NCBI GenBank assembly: GCA_037446635.1
Contig: JBBIIG010000078.1
Location: 1-18,215, forward strand
Length of the DNA stretch: 18,215 bases
From: a bacterium
GTDB lineage: Bacteria > Zhuqueibacterota > Zhuqueibacteria > Oceanimicrobiales > Oceanimicrobiaceae
Reading direction: 5' to 3'
Part shown: one piece after another, positions 15,063 to 18,215 of the stretch
How the letters are laid out: each line of letters opens with the position of its first letter
Numbering within the stretch: the first letter of the stretch is position 1
Translations under genes and position numbers: made by a program
Notes under the pieces: model-generated
What the model was told of the DNA's origin: nothing
The model's input: only the letters and a program-made list of their open reading frames with translations
Databases searched by the model: none

Positions 15063-15193
15063 TATGTGAGATGTGAGACGTGAAACGTGAAACGGAAAAT
15101 CGAAAAATCGAATAACGTCAAGCGAGAAGTGAATAGCGAGATGCTATTTACTGTTCACTCTTCACTTCACACATCTGCCATCTGCCGTCTCAC
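15063..15193. repeat. Nested inverted heptamer arrays filling the gap between the GlmU-like gene and nagB
   Basis: Left: TATGTGA GATGTGA GACGTGA AACGTGA AACGGAA. Central hairpin AGTGAATAGC/GCTATTTACT (15128-15152). Right: TATTTAC TGTTCAC TCTTCAC and CATCTGC CATCTGC CGTCTCAC. Confidence 0.8.
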
Positions 15194-16422
15194 TTTTCAC
15201 GTTCTTTTGCCGTGAGTTCAAACACCTGCCGCAGCATCTTCTCTTGCGCCGGCGAGAGCGAAATCTTTCGCCGCGCCATCACACGCCGTGCCACCTCCAG
15301 CGCTTTTTCCAAATCATAATTCTCCATTTTCTCAATGCCGCCCCAAGTGAAGGAGGGGATGAATTTTTCCGTGAACCCCGTGCCGAAAACATTGCACATC
15401 ACTCCGACAACCGTACCGGTGTTGAACATAGTGTTGATGCCGCACTTGGAATGATCGCCCATGGTGAGCCCCACAAATTGCAAGCCGCTGTCCACCATTT
15501 CGCCATCGACGTAAACTTTTACGGTGCCGTAGTTGTTTTTCAAATCGCTGTTGTTGGAGTCCGCGCCAATGTTCACCCACTGGCCGAGATAGGCGTGGCC
15601 GAGAAAGCCCTCGTGCTGCTTGTTGCTGTAACTGTGAATGATCGATTCTTCGACTTCGCCGCCCACTTTGCAGACCTCGCCGATGGAGGTTCCTTCATAG
15701 ATCTTCGCGCCCATTTTGATGGTGGATTTTGCACCTACGAACAGCGGGCCTTGCAAACTGGCGTTGGCCATGATCGTGACGTCCTGATCAATGAAAATCG
15801 GGCCGTCTTCAGCGTCGAGCACGGCGCCGGGTTTGATTTTCGCGCCCTCGCCGATATAAATATTTTTCTCTTCCAGCAGCGTCACGCTGGGATAAATTTT
15901 TCCGAGGATTTGCCCGCCGCGATCAAAAAAAGCGAAGTCGCGTCGAATCTGCTGCGGATTATCATGCACCAAATCCCACGGGTAACGAATGAACGTTCCT
16001 TCGATCTCCTGCGCTGGCAGATCATCAAACCACTTGGAGGGAATGACGCCGTCCTTTTGTTTTGAAAGCGATGCCAGTCGCCCGCCGGTGACGAACGCCG
16101 CCGCCACCTCAACGTCTTTTTTGCAGACCATTTCTTTTGATCCGAAGTCTGGCAATTTATCTCCCAAAATAAAACGGCCGTTGATGAACAGGCACGACTC
16201 GCCGCTGATTTTGTTAACGGGGACCTCCGGTGCGCCTTCTCGAACGACATCGGCAAGATAATCGCGGCAGAAAAGATGCAGACGGCTGCCGGGAAACCGC
16301 CGGACGATTTTTTCCCGCAGCAGCGAAATCCCGCAGCGCAGATCGAAAACCGGGCGAGTCAGGCTCAAAGGATAGAGCCGGTTGAAATGTTCGTCTTCAA
16401 AAATGCAGAGGTTGAGTGCCAT
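15190..16422 (-). CDS. GlmU-like sugar nucleotidyltransferase / hexapeptide acetyltransferase (Bacteroidota-type alternative GlmU family)
   Basis: LYPLSLTRPVFDLRCGI, FINGR, YPWDL, hexapeptide repeats, KVGGEVEESII...SNKQHEGFLGHAYLGQWVNIGA..NNSDLKNNY; adjacent to nagB (amino-sugar context). Confidence 0.9.
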   Translation of the reverse strand: MALNLCIFEDEHFNRLYPLSLTRPVFDLRCGISLLREKIVRRFPGSRLHLFCRDYLADVVREGAPEVPVNKISGESCLFINGRFILGDKLPDFGSKEMVCKKDVEVAAAFVTGGRLASLSKQKDGVIPSKWFDDLPAQEIEGTFIRYPWDLVHDNPQQIRRDFAFFDRGGQILGKIYPSVTLLEEKNIYIGEGAKIKPGAVLDAEDGPIFIDQDVTIMANASLQGPLFVGAKSTIKMGAKIYEGTSIGEVCKVGGEVEESIIHSYSNKQHEGFLGHAYLGQWVNIGADSNNSDLKNNYGTVKVYVDGEMVDSGLQFVGLTMGDHSKCGINTMFNTGTVVGVMCNVFGTGFTEKFIPSFTWGGIEKMENYDLEKALEVARRVMARRKISLSPAQEKMLRQVFELTAKEREK

Positions 16423-16446
16423 GAGAATCCTTTTATTTGTTCGTTG

Positions 16447-18135
16447 CTACTGCAACAAGAGCATACGGCGGTTCAAGATTTTTCCGTTTACTTGCAATTG
16501 ATAGAAATAGGTTCCGGAAGATTTGCCGGCGGCATCCCAGGTTATTGAATAATTTCCGGGCGGCTTGCTTTCATTCACCAACGTTGCCACTGTTTGTCCC
16601 GCCAAATTGAAAATGGCCAAGTGAACGTGTGCGGTCTGCGAGAGCTGGTAGTCGATGGTGGTGGCTGGATTGAATGGGTTGGGATAGTTTTGTGATAAGC
16701 CAAATTGCAGTGGGTGTGCCGGCTGCTCGTTTACAGAGGTGGGATTGGCCGGAAAGGTGATTTCCCAAATGTTGGGCGCGCCGGTTTCAATGACGTACAA
16801 CTTATTTTCAACCAGCACGGCATCCACCGGCCCGCGGTCGAAGCGGCCGCCGGAAAAGCCTTCGACGATGCGCGTTGCTTTCAGCTCGTAGCGATCCGCT
16901 TCCACAATTTTAGTAAATTGCAGGTGCAGCAAATCGTTGCTGGGGTCGCCCAGCGCCGCGCTGCCCGGGCCGAAGCAGAGAACGAACGCGTCTCCGGTAA
17001 AGTCGCCACCCAGGACCTTTTCGGTGTCGAAGACCAGGCCCAGTGGAACCCGATGGGCGGTGAAAGTGGCGATGGTCTCGCCGGCGTCGCTGGCGTCTGT
17101 GATGGCGCCATCGGGCTGGCGGAATTTATCGGCGTCGGGCCCGGTGCTGACAATCGGGTCGGTGAATTCTACGCCCTCCGGCGGCGGGGGATAGGTGGGA
17201 TCGTCATGAAAAAATCCCAGTCCATAAGCAAAAGAGGAAGGGCTAAGTAGCGGGTCGCTTCCCGGATCGTAGCCGGGAAATTGCTGGGGGGTATCGTTCG
17301 TGCCCATGCGCCACGGGAAGCCGTAATGACGGCCTTCGCGGAGCCAGTTGATCTCTTCCGGATCGTCGCGGTCGCCGGAGTTTTCCGTTCCGAATAAATC
17401 GCCGTTTTCATTAAAAGCCAAATCGAAATGGTTGCGGACGCCGCGCGCAAACAGGTAGCCGTTTTGAACGAGAAAATCTTCATCGTTTTCAAGCAGGAGA
17501 TTTTCAGCGGCGCTGGGAATGCGCAGGATAACGGCGGTGATCGGCAGCTCCCGCAGCCCGGCCAAGTCCCCGCTGTCGTGCTGCGCCTCGCCGTGGTCGG
17601 TGCGGGCGCCGCTGTTCACAAACAGATAGCTGCCATCGGGGCTGATGGCGATGGCATTGAAATTATGATTGAATGCCACGTTCAACGGGTAAGGTTCGGT
17701 TTGCGCGACCGTGGACCACACGCGCTCGCCGTTTTCAAGTTGCCCCCTTTTTATGATTCCAATGTTGGAATCATTTTGAGTGATATTTCCGAGCAGGTAA
17801 AGCGTACCGTCGGAGGCAATTGCCAAGCCAGCGGCCGAGGAGATGCCGTGATCGTTCGCGGTGCTGATGAGCTGTTTGGTGGGGCCGTTCAGATCGATTT
17901 GAAAAATTCCGCCGCTGATTCTGAGATAGTAGAGTTGGCCCGATGACGGATCTTTTTCGATGCGGATGCAATCGGTTTCAACCGCCAGCAAATGGCGGAC
18001 TTGAATATCCGGGCGCAGCGGCGTCGGGGTCGTTTGCGCACCGATTTCGGAAAAGAAAATTGTCAACGCGGTCAAAATCAAAAAGGTTGCGCCGGGAGTC
18101 TTCTTCGTCTGTTGGCGTTTTAGAGTTGGTGCCAT
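16447..18135 (-). CDS. Secreted PQQ-dependent glucose/sorbosone dehydrogenase-like beta-propeller with T9SS type A sorting domain
   Basis: HNFNAIAISPDG.YLFV..G, ARGVRNHFDLAF, TENSGDRDDPEEINW..EGRHYGFPW and AHRVPLGL motifs; C-terminal LSQNYPNPFNPATTI...SSGTYFYQL...RMLLLQ. Start at ATG 18135 chosen for signal-peptide fit (alternative GTG 18201). Confidence 0.85.
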   Translation of the reverse strand: MAPTLKRQQTKKTPGATFLILTALTIFFSEIGAQTTPTPLRPDIQVRHLLAVETDCIRIEKDPSSGQLYYLRISGGIFQIDLNGPTKQLISTANDHGISSAAGLAIASDGTLYLLGNITQNDSNIGIIKRGQLENGERVWSTVAQTEPYPLNVAFNHNFNAIAISPDGSYLFVNSGARTDHGEAQHDSGDLAGLRELPITAVILRIPSAAENLLLENDEDFLVQNGYLFARGVRNHFDLAFNENGDLFGTENSGDRDDPEEINWLREGRHYGFPWRMGTNDTPQQFPGYDPGSDPLLSPSSFAYGLGFFHDDPTYPPPPEGVEFTDPIVSTGPDADKFRQPDGAITDASDAGETIATFTAHRVPLGLVFDTEKVLGGDFTGDAFVLCFGPGSAALGDPSNDLLHLQFTKIVEADRYELKATRIVEGFSGGRFDRGPVDAVLVENKLYVIETGAPNIWEITFPANPTSVNEQPAHPLQFGLSQNYPNPFNPATTIDYQLSQTAHVHLAIFNLAGQTVATLVNESKPPGNYSITWDAAGKSSGTYFYQLQVNGKILNRRMLLLQ

Positions 18136-18215
18136 CTCAGGTTTCTCGGTTAGGATTTCATTTAAGGATAACCAGCTTAAGCCATGATACCCACTTTCCA
18201 CCCTTTATCCGCAGC

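Noticed and set aside
11194..15193. Tandem arrays as CRISPR or integron attC sites
   Set aside because: Units are 7-9 bp with no unique spacers, there are no cas or integrase genes, and no RYYYAAC...GTTRRRY box structure is evident.
18177..18215. Possible tail of an upstream minus-strand gene (AADKGWKVGIMA*)
   Set aside because: Only 12 codons at the window edge; cannot be supported.

Overview
An 18.2-kb, mostly housekeeping/secretome region of a bacterium that is probably in the FCB group (KSB1/Calditrichota-like). This assignment is inferred from three proteins with T9SS/FlgD-type C-terminal sorting domains and a Bacteroidota-type GlmU-like gene. Genes in order: tail of a secreted protein (+); large S8 protease with FG-GAP propeller; membrane serine hydrolase; lipoprotein lytic transglycosylase (+); DUF58 and MoxR; a hicB-hicA toxin-antitoxin module with a frameshift in each gene (+); ECF sigma factor; DUF3810; HD hydrolase; DAG-kinase-like lipid kinase; nagB; GlmU-like protein; secreted glucose/sorbosone dehydrogenase-like protein. 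The most unusual signal is non-coding, because most sizeable intergenic gaps hold short repeat elements. These are: two covarying copies of a nested 33-bp palindrome, a second palindrome of the same architecture, a 20-bp palindrome apparently inserted in-frame in the protease, three same-orientation (G/A)ACGTGA heptamer arrays stacked with 8-mer arrays (two sites look homologous), and inverted 9-mer repeats bracketing the decayed hicBA module. Together they suggest repeat-bounded cassette sites in filled and empty states. This is an inference: no mobilising enzyme is encoded here. In addition, nagB has AAG where its start codon should be.
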